The notes beneath the pieces are model-generated. The model made no database searches. It worked only from the letters and a program-made list of their open reading frames with translations, and was not told the DNA's origin. Source: Terrimicrobiaceae bacterium (GTDB lineage: Bacteria > Verrucomicrobiota > Verrucomicrobiia > Chthoniobacterales > Terrimicrobiaceae). Taken from it: DNA of 64,000 nt. The translations under genes were made by a program, and so were the position numbers. This document shows, piece by piece, positions 41,446 to 51,043 of the stretch. The stretch covers positions 29,738-93,737 of the forward strand of contig JBIIPZ010000007.1 in the NCBI GenBank assembly GCA_044342325.1, in the 5' to 3' direction. Position 1 is the first letter of the stretch, and each line of letters starts with the position of its first letter.

Positions 41446-42687
41446 TTAGCGGTCCACTTCGCCGAAGACTGGGTCGAGGGAACCGAGAATCGTAACGACA
41501 TCGGAGACCATCGAGCCGGGCAGCATCTTGGATAGGATGCTGATGTTGCAGAACGAGGGAGAGCGGATTTTCATGCGGTAGGGGACGCCGCCACCTTTGC
41601 TATAGATGTAAAAACCAAGTTCGCCCTTCGGGTTTTCCGCCCCGAAATAGATTTCTCCGGCTGGAGCGTCTATGCCTTCGGTGGCGACGATGAAGTGGTG
41701 GATCAACTCCTCCATCTTCGTAAGGACAGCGACTTTATCGGGCAGTGTGCTCTTTGGGTCGTGCCAATTGATCGGACCGGGGGGGAGTTTGCTGAGAACC
41801 TGACGCAGAATATTCACACTCTGGTGAACTTCTTCAAGGCGCACGAGATATCGGTCGTAGCTGTCACCCACGGAGCCGATTGGCACTTCGAAGTCGTAGT
41901 TCTGATAGTCAAGATAGGGGTGCTTTTTCCGAAGATCGTGATCCACGCCGCAGGCTCGGAGGTTCGGGCCTGAAAGACCATAGGCGATGGCGTCTTCCTT
42001 GCTGATAGATCCAACATCTTTGCAACGGTCGACAAAAATGCGGTTCCGCGTGATGAGTTTGCAGGTCTCCTCGAAAGCAGGCGGGAAGGTTTCGAGGAAA
42101 TCCTTCAGCATCGCAATAAATGCGGGCGGGAGGTCGCGGGTCTGGCCACCCACGCGCGTGTAGCTTGTGGTAAAGCGCGCACCGGAGAGTTGCTCGACGA
42201 GATTGTAGATTTTTTCGCGCTCTGTGAAGGTGTAGAGGAAGACGGATGTGGCACCGAGATCCATCCCAAGGCAGCCGATGCCAAGAAGGTGCGAGGAAAT
42301 GCGGGCCAGTTCGCAGCAGATGACTCGAATGGCTTTTCCGCGCGGGGGCAGTTCCCAGCCCATAAGTTTCTCCACAGCCAAGGCGTAGGCCACATTGTTC
42401 GCGATCGGGGAGAGGTAATCCAGTCGGTCCGTGTAGGGGATGAACTGGTTGTATTGCATGTTTTCCGCGATTTTCTCATCGCCACGGTGCAGATAGCCAA
42501 TATCCGGAGTCGCCTTGGTCACGACTTCACCATCCAATTCCAGAATCATGCGAAGCACACCGTGAGTCGATGGGTGCGAGGGCCCCATGTTCAGCACGAG
42601 TTTCTCGCCAAGCATTTCGTCGGTTTCTTGCATGGCCTTCAAGCTGCGGGCCAATGCGTCGGGATGCTCGAGTGTGGTTGTCGCCAT
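41446..42687 (-). CDS. nuoD: NADH-quinone oxidoreductase subunit D
   Basis: NMGPSHPSTHGVLR, IGYLHRG.EK, YTDRLDY, ENPKGELG, GSLDPVFGEVDR; no Ni-binding CxxC. Confidence 0.93.
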   Translation of the reverse strand: MATTTLEHPDALARSLKAMQETDEMLGEKLVLNMGPSHPSTHGVLRMILELDGEVVTKATPDIGYLHRGDEKIAENMQYNQFIPYTDRLDYLSPIANNVAYALAVEKLMGWELPPRGKAIRVICCELARISSHLLGIGCLGMDLGATSVFLYTFTEREKIYNLVEQLSGARFTTSYTRVGGQTRDLPPAFIAMLKDFLETFPPAFEETCKLITRNRIFVDRCKDVGSISKEDAIAYGLSGPNLRACGVDHDLRKKHPYLDYQNYDFEVPIGSVGDSYDRYLVRLEEVHQSVNILRQVLSKLPPGPINWHDPKSTLPDKVAVLTKMEELIHHFIVATEGIDAPAGEIYFGAENPKGELGFYIYSKGGGVPYRMKIRSPSFCNISILSKMLPGSMVSDVVTILGSLDPVFGEVDR

Positions 42688-42956
42688 TCGTTCTTCTGTT
42701 GGTTTTATTTTTTCAAAAATCCGACACTGGGCAGTGCCGATTGTTTTTTGTGCTGCGCAGACTCTTTCCGCAGCGGGAAAAATGCAAGCCGCATATTTTT
42801 TCCATCCGCATCCTGCGCAAAATAAACCCTCGACGCAGCAGGCGTCAGGTGCTAACGACACCTCTGTTCCCTACCGAAAAGTTCGCGAACCAGTTTCCCG
42901 GCCTTTGGAAAAAAGATCGGCAACTGACATACCCAACCAAGCAAATAAAAAATCAC

Positions 42957-43232
42957 ATGCCTACAGAAACCAAGCCCAAGCGCAAAGCCAACCCCGCACT
43001 TCTCAAACCCGTTCAGCCCGACGCCATCCTCGCCGCTGTCGTGGGATCCACTCCTGCGTCCCGTGGTGAGCTCACCAAAAAACTCTGGGACTACATCAAG
43101 AAGCACAAGCTTCAGGATGAAAAAAATAAACGCAACATCAACGCCGACGCTGCTCTCAAAGCTGTTTTCGGTGGCAAGTCCCAAGTGACGATGTTCGAAA
43201 TGACCAAGCTCGTTTCGGGCCACATCAAGTAA
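42957..43232 (+). CDS. SWIB/MDM2 domain protein
   Basis: LAAVVG...R.E.TKKLWDYIKKHKLQD..NKR.INAD..LK.VF...VTMFEMTKLV. Confidence 0.92.
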   Translation: MPTETKPKRKANPALLKPVQPDAILAAVVGSTPASRGELTKKLWDYIKKHKLQDEKNKRNINADAALKAVFGGKSQVTMFEMTKLVSGHIK

Positions 43233-43250
43233 CTCGGCACTTTTCTTTAA

Positions 43251-43286
43251 AAAAAGACCGCTGGTCGAAAGCCCAGCGGTCTTTTT
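43251..43286. terminator. Bidirectional intrinsic terminator
   Basis: AAAAAGACCGCTGG-loop-CCAGCGGTCTTTTT between convergent genes. Confidence 0.85.
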
Positions 43287-43306
43287 GTTTTTTTGGTGGT
43301 GGCAGC

Positions 43307-45115
43307 TCAGACGATGCGCCGACGCTCACAAGCCGTCCAGGCGATGACGAGCCCGGCCATAATGTGCGCCACCAGCACTAAAATACAAAGAGCGCCCGGC
43401 GACAGAGGACTTTGAATCACCATCTGCACGATGTCGTAGTAGCGCTCGGACTTCAGCGTTTTCAGTATTCCCGACCAACTCCAGTAAGCGGAAATGAAGG
43501 GACGCGTCAGCGCGCCGAGCCACTCCGGTAGTGCAAGAACGGCTCCCGATAGGGGGAGTTGGAAACCAACAAGGTAAATCGAAGCCAGCGAGGCCTGCTC
43601 GGGTGATGACATGAGACTGGAGATCCCAAGGCAAATGGAAGTCATCGCTGCATTCACCAGGACGAGCAGTAGAAGCTGCCCGCCTAGTTCACCCGGGAAT
43701 CCACAGACATGGTGCACGAAAAGCCCCATCCACAGCGATTGCGCCAGCACAAGCACTGACAAGAAAGCCGCCTTGGATCCGATGTAGGCGAGGGGATTCA
43801 GGCCGGAGAGTTTCTCCTTCTCAAAAATCCCACGCTCGGCGGCAATCTCACGACCGGAGTTGTTCGCACCCATGAGCGTCAGGAGGATGACTTGAAACAT
43901 CACGATCCCAGAAACCAGGCTCCCGACTTTGCTGGATTGGATTAAAAAATCCCTCGCCTCGTTGAGTTGTTGGACCAGGTTCAAATCTAGACCCATACTC
44001 AGGTTTTTTACCGCAGGCAGGCCGTTCCAGGCAAAAACAGCCACCAGCAGCGGGAAACCCAGAATCAACCCAAGTTGCAGAAAAATTTGCGGGCGGCATC
44101 TCAAGAAAATCATCCAGCGGCGCAGGAGGAGCGTGAAAAGCTGGCTTCCGATGCCAGGGAGTTCGACCGCTTCAGAAGACTCCGCTTCATTCGTTCGCGG
44201 CGTTTCTTTTTCCAAGTCGTCGGCTGCATCGTTCAGCGCATCGCGGTGTTTGATCCACGAGGCGGCCCAATCCTCGGCCTCGCGCAATTCCAGTTGCGCA
44301 TACACCTCATCGGGGGAATCGACACGGAAGTAGTGGGCGAGGAACTCCGGCTTGCCCTGATAGACAATATGGCCGCCGTAGAAAACCGTCACCGAATCGT
44401 AAAGCTCCAGATGCGCGAGGCTGTGCGTGACGGAGAGCACCAGACGCTGGTTCTTACGCGACAGGGCGTGCAGAAGCTTCACAATGTCGTCCTCGGACTG
44501 AGGGTCGAGTCCGCTTGTGACTTCATCGCAAAGCAGTATTTGCGGTTGGCTCGTCAACTCGATCGCCAGTGCGAGCCGGCGTCGCTGTCCCCCGGAGAGC
44601 ACGCCTACGCGATGTCCTTCGAATTCCTGCATTCCCACTTCGCCAAGGATGCGGTCGATGTCCTCGCTGGAAGATCTTGTGTTCCTAAGCCTCATTGCAA
44701 ATGTCACGCACTCGCGAACCGTGAGTTCCTCATGCGCGATGCTGAATTGCGGCACATATCCAATCTCCGAAGGGGAAAAATCCTCATCTTCGAGATCGCG
44801 TCCCTTCCAGAAAATTTGCCCTTCCTCCTCGCCGGGCGCTATGCCGGCGATGAGTTTCAGGAAAGTCGTCTTGCCACAACCCGACGGGCCAATGATTGCA
44901 CCAAAATGTGTCGTCGGATAGTTGGCGGAAACTCCGTTCAGAAGGGGCGTCGAACCCTGCAGCGAGTTGATTGAGAGGGAAGCGTCAATGATTTCCAGCA
45001 TGGTGTGGCTTTTAAGAGGAGTCGTAGGCACGGACTGGGGCAGGCTCTGCCCACATTCCAGGCAGAAAACACGCGTGTCGTCGTTCTCCGTATTACAGGC
45101 TGTGCAAAGTTTCAT
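43307..45115 (-). CDS. ABCG-like fused ATPase/permease with N-terminal Zn ribbon
   Basis: GPSGCGKT, LSGGQ, ILLCDE, then ABC-2 membrane domain (REIAAER.IF..E); N-terminal CTAC..FCLEC. Alternative start at 45001. Confidence 0.85.
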   Translation of the reverse strand: MKLCTACNTENDDTRVFCLECGQSLPQSVPTTPLKSHTMLEIIDASLSINSLQGSTPLLNGVSANYPTTHFGAIIGPSGCGKTTFLKLIAGIAPGEEEGQIFWKGRDLEDEDFSPSEIGYVPQFSIAHEELTVRECVTFAMRLRNTRSSSEDIDRILGEVGMQEFEGHRVGVLSGGQRRRLALAIELTSQPQILLCDEVTSGLDPQSEDDIVKLLHALSRKNQRLVLSVTHSLAHLELYDSVTVFYGGHIVYQGKPEFLAHYFRVDSPDEVYAQLELREAEDWAASWIKHRDALNDAADDLEKETPRTNEAESSEAVELPGIGSQLFTLLLRRWMIFLRCRPQIFLQLGLILGFPLLVAVFAWNGLPAVKNLSMGLDLNLVQQLNEARDFLIQSSKVGSLVSGIVMFQVILLTLMGANNSGREIAAERGIFEKEKLSGLNPLAYIGSKAAFLSVLVLAQSLWMGLFVHHVCGFPGELGGQLLLLVLVNAAMTSICLGISSLMSSPEQASLASIYLVGFQLPLSGAVLALPEWLGALTRPFISAYWSWSGILKTLKSERYYDIVQMVIQSPLSPGALCILVLVAHIMAGLVIAWTACERRRIV

Positions 45116-45168
45116 TCTTTGGGAGTGCAGTCGATAGGGAAACATTCGGCCTTAGCGAATGCAATGCG

Positions 45169-46326
45169 CTACTCCGAATCGATCACCGGAGACTCGGTAT
45201 TCTCGGCTGCTTTGCGTTTGGCCTCTTCCATTTTTTTAGCCCTCCGGCGCTTCCATTCGCTGCAGTTGTGGAGCGTTCGCACAAGAACAAGCAACACTGC
45301 GCCACGCAGCGAACGCGGGAAGACGATCCAGTCCCAGAAGCTCGATGCGTGCGTGGACACCTGGCGTTTGAACTCCTGGTCGTTCTGCAAAAAGTCATAG
45401 ATCCGCCGATTCTCGCCGATGCATTTTTCCAGCACATGCAACATGAGAAGCCGTCCTGGGGAAAAAGAGGCCATCGCAGGGTCGAATGCCGTTCCATGCA
45501 TGCAGTAGTTGTCAGTCCCGAGAATGCCGATTTCGTAGGCGACCATTTCGTCATTCACCGTAAGGATGCTCAACCGAAGGCGTCCACGCGCGGCGAGGTT
45601 TTCCATGAGTAGGTGGTAAAAGGCCCGGTGCGTCGCGCGCTTGAAAATTCCTACTCCCTCTTCGCCTTTCCAGCTCACTTTTTCGAGTTGCATGGCTTTT
45701 GTGATCCACGGCGAGATGTCCTCGGGCGTCTCCAGGCTTTGGAATCGCACCTCACCCTTCTCCGCAAGGCGTCGGGCTTTGCGCCTAAGACTCTGGCGGG
45801 TTTTCGGCCCGAAGACCATCTGCATGAAATCCTCGAAGCTTTTGAACTTGTCCAACTCGACAAGAAAGCGCTCAGTCCGCTTGCGAAGAAAGTGCCGCCC
45901 TTTGCCTGATTTGGTCGCCGGTTGAAGCACCTGATTGGCAAACTGCAGCGACAACAGCGGCATCCAGGCAAAACTATAGTTTTTGCAAAGCTCGCACAAA
46001 GCCTCGACCAACGGTCCCATGGCATCCTGCCTTGCCACGGGATCAAAAAGATCAGCCGCTTGTGCCCCCACCGGCAAAAGCGATATTCCGATCACAGGGA
46101 TGCGATGCTCGAAAAATGGCCATACACCAACCAGACGCCCCTCATCCCGGCAGGTAATGAAACACACCTCGTATCTGCGCCCGAGACTCAGGAGCCATGA
46201 ATAAACCCACTCGGGTGAGAAAAAGACATTTGCGTTCGGCAGGGACTCGAACAATTCGATATACTCCTTCTCCAGTGCAAATGCGGCCTTGCGGCCACGG
46301 AGGGTTTCTGTGATGAGGGGCTGCAT
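45169..46326 (-). CDS. GNAT-family (CelD/BcsL-like) acetyltransferase
   Basis: FFSPEW...R..LRRK.RRL, RLSIL, FDP....SPG.LL, YDFL....FK. Confidence 0.8.
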   Translation of the reverse strand: MQPLITETLRGRKAAFALEKEYIELFESLPNANVFFSPEWVYSWLLSLGRRYEVCFITCRDEGRLVGVWPFFEHRIPVIGISLLPVGAQAADLFDPVARQDAMGPLVEALCELCKNYSFAWMPLLSLQFANQVLQPATKSGKGRHFLRKRTERFLVELDKFKSFEDFMQMVFGPKTRQSLRRKARRLAEKGEVRFQSLETPEDISPWITKAMQLEKVSWKGEEGVGIFKRATHRAFYHLLMENLAARGRLRLSILTVNDEMVAYEIGILGTDNYCMHGTAFDPAMASFSPGRLLMLHVLEKCIGENRRIYDFLQNDQEFKRQVSTHASSFWDWIVFPRSLRGAVLLVLVRTLHNCSEWKRRRAKKMEEAKRKAAENTESPVIDSE

Positions 46327-46402
46327 TCTTTGTTAGTATTCAGGTTTGGAATTCTTTGCACTATTAACCTGAAATCCCGAATATCCGACCTTCATCGCCC
46401 AC

Positions 46403-47212
46403 ATGAAATATCTCGGCCGCCTCGCTCCCACACCCACGGGTTATTTACATCTCGGACATGCACTGACTTTTTCCATGGCCCATTGTCGCGCCTGTGATGC
46501 TGATGGACGGATTCTCCTCCGCATGGAGGACCTCGATCCGCATAGGTGCTCGGAGGACTTCGCCCGCGCTGCGATGGACGATCTGCGCTGGATGGGACTG
46601 GAGTGGAGCGGGGAACCCATCTTTCAAAGCCAGCGCCGACATTTCTATTTGGATGCCTGGCGCAGACTGAAGGACGCCGGCTTCATCTACCCCTGCCGCC
46701 GCTCCCGCCGCGAAATATCATCCCTCGCACCACATGAGGAGGAATCCGTCTTTCCTGTCGAGTGGCGTTCCAGTCCCGAAGAGGCAAAGTCCTTTCACGA
46801 GCCCGGCGGGGTGAACTGGCGCTTCCGCGTTCCCGACGATGAAGCCATTTCCTTCTTGGACCAAAACTTCGGTGCCATCGAAAAAAATACCCTGCGCGAT
46901 TTCGGAGATTTTCTCGTCTGGAACCGTGACGACATCCCTGCCTACGAACTCGCCGTGGTGGTCGATGATATCGCTATGGGCATCACCGAGGTGGTGCGCG
47001 GGGCGGACCTGCTTACATCCACCGCCCGGCAGATTCTTCTCTACTGCGCCCTCGGTGCCGCGGAGCCTGCGTGGTTCCACTGCCCGCTCGTCTGCGATGC
47101 CGAAGGTCGCCGCCTAGCGAAACGCACGGGCGGACTCAGCTTGCGTGACCTGCGGTCGCAGGGACTCACGCCCGCGCAAGTCCTCGCCCTCGCGCAAAAA
47201 TCCCTCGTCTGA
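46403..47212 (+). CDS. gluQ: Glutamyl-Q tRNA(Asp) synthetase-like protein
   Basis: GRLAPTPTGYLHLGH, LRMEDLD, YELAVVVDD, VRGADL, RLAKR; short, no anticodon domain. Confidence 0.87.
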   Translation: MKYLGRLAPTPTGYLHLGHALTFSMAHCRACDADGRILLRMEDLDPHRCSEDFARAAMDDLRWMGLEWSGEPIFQSQRRHFYLDAWRRLKDAGFIYPCRRSRREISSLAPHEEESVFPVEWRSSPEEAKSFHEPGGVNWRFRVPDDEAISFLDQNFGAIEKNTLRDFGDFLVWNRDDIPAYELAVVVDDIAMGITEVVRGADLLTSTARQILLYCALGAAEPAWFHCPLVCDAEGRRLAKRTGGLSLRDLRSQGLTPAQVLALAQKSLV

Positions 47213-48436
47213 TTAGCGCTTTCTTTTCGCCCCGAAACGCATCCCCTTGTGCGTCCGCACGCCTTTGGCGCCCTTCAGTGCGGAGAGGACGCTGTCTTCG
47301 TTGAAGAGGGCGGTATAGACATAGTTGAAATTCTCAATTTTGAGACGCGGCACTTTTTGTCCGATGAAACGCTCGATATCGAGAACATGCGGCAACTCCT
47401 CCGCCGTCATGATCGTGAACGCCTCGCCAACTGTTTGGGCACGCCCCGTGCGGCCGATGCGGTGCACATAGTCCTCGGGGTGCTGAGGGACATCGTAGTT
47501 AATGACATGGCTCACGCCGGCGATATCAATGCCGCGAGCGGCGATATCCGTCGCGACCATGACTTCATAGCGTCCGCCCTTGAAGCCCTCGAGAGCATCG
47601 ACGCGCTCGGTCTGCGTGCGGTTTGAGTGGAGCGTGGCAACAGAGTGGTTGTTTTTTTTGAGCTGGCGCGAGATGCGGTCAGCTCCGTCTTTGGTGCGGC
47701 TGAAAATCAAAACGCTGTCGTAGTTGGTGCGCTCGAGCAGTGTGAGGAGCAGGTCGAATTTCTGATCCGCCGCGACAGGGTAGAGAGCGTGCGAAACCGT
47801 CTCAGCGGGCGAGCGGCGTGCTCCGATTTCGATGCGTTCGGGGTCCTTCAGGCACCAGGCCGAAAGTCGTTGGATTTCCTCGGGGATCGTTGCGGAGAAA
47901 AGCAGGGTCTGTCTTTCCTTGGGACACTGTTCCACAATGCGCCGCACATCAGGCAGGAAGCCCATGTCGAGCATGCGATCCACCTCGTCGAGGATGAGAA
48001 ATTGCAGCGAGCTTAAATCAACCAACCCTTGCTGCATATGGTCGAGCAAGCGGCCGGGTGTTGCCACCACGACATCGCAGTGGCGCTTCAGGTCGTCCCG
48101 TTGTTTTCCATAGCCCACACCACCATGGATGAGTGTGACCTCCGTGTGCATGAATCGCATGTAATCGCGGAAGGCCGTCTCCACCTGCATCGCCAATTCG
48201 CGCGTGGGCTCGAGAACCAGACAGCGAATCCGTGGCTCGGGATGATCGAGCTTTGCCAGCACAGGCAATGCAAAGGCCGCCGTCTTGCCGGTTCCGGTCT
48301 GAGCCGAGGCCACAAGGTCGCGGCCGGAGAGAATCACTGGAATGGCACGAAGCTGAATGGGCGTGGCATCTGAGTAACCCATGCGTTGCGCTCCGTGTAG
48401 AACAGGCTCCGGGAGCCCGAGATTTTGAAATGACAT
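47213..48436 (-). CDS. DEAD-box RNA helicase (RhlE-like)
   Basis: AQTGTGKT, PTRELA, TPGRL, DEVD, SAT, ARGID, HRIGRTGR. Confidence 0.95.
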   Translation of the reverse strand: MSFQNLGLPEPVLHGAQRMGYSDATPIQLRAIPVILSGRDLVASAQTGTGKTAAFALPVLAKLDHPEPRIRCLVLEPTRELAMQVETAFRDYMRFMHTEVTLIHGGVGYGKQRDDLKRHCDVVVATPGRLLDHMQQGLVDLSSLQFLILDEVDRMLDMGFLPDVRRIVEQCPKERQTLLFSATIPEEIQRLSAWCLKDPERIEIGARRSPAETVSHALYPVAADQKFDLLLTLLERTNYDSVLIFSRTKDGADRISRQLKKNNHSVATLHSNRTQTERVDALEGFKGGRYEVMVATDIAARGIDIAGVSHVINYDVPQHPEDYVHRIGRTGRAQTVGEAFTIMTAEELPHVLDIERFIGQKVPRLKIENFNYVYTALFNEDSVLSALKGAKGVRTHKGMRFGAKRKR

Positions 48437-48629
48437 TTCGATAACCTGCCCTTTCGTGCGAGTTGCCGCAATGAAAAGCACAAGGGCGTGATCGCTTTCT
48501 GCACGAGGGCGGTGGATGCCGGAGTTTCAGTCAGCGTATATCCGCCTTGCGTTTGCCTCACTCGCCGATACTGCTTCTCTTCGAATTCACGGCGCACCTA
48601 AAATTTTTTCACCAGCAAAAACCAAATCC

Positions 48630-49706
48630 ATGTCTCATGCCCCACTCTTCCAGCCCCTCCAACTCGGCGCCTTCGAGGTGCCCAATCGCATTTTCATGGC
48701 ACCGCTCACCCGCTGCCGTGCCGAAGTAGACCATGTGCCGGGTGCGCTCATGGCGGAATACTATGCCCAGCGTGCCTCTGCGGGCCTGATCATCGCCGAG
48801 GCCACGATGGTCATGGAGGGGAATTCCGCATTCTACGCGGAGCCGGGCATTTACTCGGAAGCCCAGATCGCCGGCTGGCGCCAAGTGACAGACGCCGTGC
48901 ACGCCAAGAGTGGAAAAATTTTTCTTCAGCTCTGGCATGGTGGCCGTGCCTGCCCTTCATCCTTTAACGGCGGCGCGCAGCCAGTGGCCCCAAGCGCCCT
49001 TGCCATAACAAACGACGAGGTGCACACGCCCGATGGCAAAAAACCTTACGACATCCCGCGCGAACTCCGCGATGAGGAGATTCCTGCCATCGTAGCTGGT
49101 TTTAAAAAAGCTGCTGAAAATGCCAAGTTTGCGGGCTTCGATGGCATCGAGATCCACGCCGCCAATGGCTACCTCATCGACGAATTTCTCCGCGACGGCT
49201 CAAACAAACGCACCGGACCCTATGGCGGTCCTATCGAGAACCGTGCTCGCTTTTTGCTCGAAATCCTCGAGGCCGTTTCCTCCGTCTGGGCCTCTGACAG
49301 TGTCGGTGTTCGTATCTCGCCGCTCAATAGCTTTAACAGCATGTCCGACAGCGATCCCGTAGCGCTCGCGACTCGGCTGGCCAAGCGCCTTGACAGGCTG
49401 CGTCTGGCCTATCTCCATGTCATGCGCGCAGACCTCCTTGGGCAGCAGCATGCAGATGTGCTCACTCCGATCCGCGAAAACTTCTCCGGCGTTATCGTTT
49501 CCAACATGGGCTACACCGCCGCCGAGGCTTCGGATGCCATTTCTTCCGGTAAAATCGACGCCGTAGCCTTCGGGACTAGTTTCCTCGCAAACCCTGACCT
49601 TCCCGCTCGAATTCACCTCGAGGTGGAACTGAACCAACCAAACCCCGCCACATTCTACTCGTCAGGCCCCGTCGGCTACACCGACTACCCGCCTCTTGCT
49701 TCGTGA
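48630..49706 (+). CDS. Old yellow enzyme / NemA-type alkene reductase
   Basis: MAPLTRCRA, YYAQRASAGL, QLWHGGR, EIHAANGYL, VGVRISP, ANPDL. Confidence 0.92.
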   Translation: MSHAPLFQPLQLGAFEVPNRIFMAPLTRCRAEVDHVPGALMAEYYAQRASAGLIIAEATMVMEGNSAFYAEPGIYSEAQIAGWRQVTDAVHAKSGKIFLQLWHGGRACPSSFNGGAQPVAPSALAITNDEVHTPDGKKPYDIPRELRDEEIPAIVAGFKKAAENAKFAGFDGIEIHAANGYLIDEFLRDGSNKRTGPYGGPIENRARFLLEILEAVSSVWASDSVGVRISPLNSFNSMSDSDPVALATRLAKRLDRLRLAYLHVMRADLLGQQHADVLTPIRENFSGVIVSNMGYTAAEASDAISSGKIDAVAFGTSFLANPDLPARIHLEVELNQPNPATFYSSGPVGYTDYPPLAS

Positions 49707-49748
49707 AAAAAAGCTGCAGTTTGTTAAAAAGCGGCGATATTGCCCTCT

Positions 49749-50255
49749 ATGAAGTCATTGTGTTTCATCGCCGCTTTTCTGCTGCTGACCGTCCTCCCGG
49801 CTGCATTCGCGAAGGATAAAGAAAACTCCCGCCAGGTGTTGGTCATTCCTGTGACAGGCTCCGGTCAGTCGACCACCTCACCACTGGGTGCCTCCCACAC
49901 GACCCGCACCTCCAGTGGTCAATCCTTCTCCACATCTCAACTCGGCAGCACGACAATCACTCGCGATAACTCGGGTAACACTTGGCGCACAACCAAAGTT
50001 GGAAACAGCTATGTCACCCAAGGGCCGAACGGCCAGACTCAGACAACAACAAAACTCGGCAACAGCTACATAACCCGCGATTCCTCCAGCGGCAAAACTC
50101 TCACCACCGCCCCCCTCGGAAACTCCTACCAGACCCGCTCAAACACAGGCGCCACCTGGTCCACCAGTCCTCTTGGAAACAATTTCATCACCCGCGAAAC
50201 CACTTCCGGAAAGGATTCCAAACCCGCTCTGATTGTCATTCCAAAAGCCAAGTGA
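49749..50255 (+). CDS. Secreted Thr/Ser/Gly-rich repeat protein
   Basis: Signal peptide ending AFA; six ~19-aa G-x-T-x-x-T-x-x-LGN-x-x-x-TR repeats. Confidence 0.7.
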   Translation: MKSLCFIAAFLLLTVLPAAFAKDKENSRQVLVIPVTGSGQSTTSPLGASHTTRTSSGQSFSTSQLGSTTITRDNSGNTWRTTKVGNSYVTQGPNGQTQTTTKLGNSYITRDSSSGKTLTTAPLGNSYQTRSNTGATWSTSPLGNNFITRETTSGKDSKPALIVIPKAK

Positions 50256-50289
50256 CGCTCTCTCTCGAAGAATCAGGACTTTTACTGAA

Positions 50290-50317
50290 TTGACACGCCA
50301 CATGGCACCCGTAGTTT
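50290..50317 (+). promoter_or_regulatory. Putative sigma70 promoter
   Basis: TTGACA-16 nt-TAGTTT, then 9 nt to ATG 50327. Confidence 0.55.
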
Positions 50318-50326
50318 TCCGCAGCC

Positions 50327-51043
50327 ATGGATGATCCTTTGAATATGCGCAATGCATCGATTTCCCGCACCGCCTCGTGCAGGGTAGGGGAACTGCACAG
50401 CTTTCGCCGCGATCTCTGCCGGGTCTCTTATCTTTTTTTGCTGATGGCTTTTTTCGGTGCATGCGCTCCCCAAGGTGATGCGCGCGGGCGAGACCGCATA
50501 TCGGTTTACTCCACCGCCTACCTCACCGAGAACAATACCATCGCCTTCGCCTCGCGCACCGGCAAAAAACCCGAAGCCAAACCGCGCCAAGAATGGGTTT
50601 GGACGGGGGATGGTATTCTCGGCGCGCCATCCATCGAGATCGATCTCACCACCCAATCCGTTGCGTTTTTCAAAGGCGGCGTCGAGGTCGGGAAATCCCC
50701 CATCTCCAGCGGTCGTGAAGGCTACACCACGCCGACAGGCAGCTTCTCGATTTTGCAGAAAAACAAAAACCATGTCTCAAGTCTCTACGGAGACTATGTG
50801 GATGCAGAAGGCAATGTGGTTATGGCAAATGTGGCATCCAATCGGGACGCCCGCCCCAAGGGAACAACCTTCCGTGGAGCCCCCATGCCCTATTTCATGA
50901 GAATCTTTGGAGGAGTCGGCATGCACGCCGGCTACCTCCCCGGCTACCCGGCCTCCCATGGCTGCATCCGCATGCCCCGCGGCGCCGCCCAGCGCTTCTT
51001 CGAAAACGCCCCACTCGGCACCCCAGTTCGGGTTGTTCGCTGA
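50327..51043 (+). CDS. L,D-transpeptidase (YkuD) lipoprotein
   Basis: ISSGR....TPTG.F.I, APMPYFMR, GMHAGYLPGYPASHGCIRMP; FGAC lipobox. Confidence 0.88.
   Translation: MDDPLNMRNASISRTASCRVGELHSFRRDLCRVSYLFLLMAFFGACAPQGDARGRDRISVYSTAYLTENNTIAFASRTGKKPEAKPRQEWVWTGDGILGAPSIEIDLTTQSVAFFKGGVEVGKSPISSGREGYTTPTGSFSILQKNKNHVSSLYGDYVDAEGNVVMANVASNRDARPKGTTFRGAPMPYFMRIFGGVGMHAGYLPGYPASHGCIRMPRGAAQRFFENAPLGTPVRVVR

Noticed and set aside
41446..42687. NiFe-hydrogenase large subunit
   Set aside because: Lacks both CxxC Ni-binding motifs and has NuoD quinone-site residues.
42570..42956. Long N-terminal extensions in the ORF track (SWIB, nuoD; likewise rfaE2, GreA-like, lipocalin, rpoA, mpl)
   Set aside because: The extensions overlap other genes or promoter regions and lack family similarity; downstream ATGs fit the families better.
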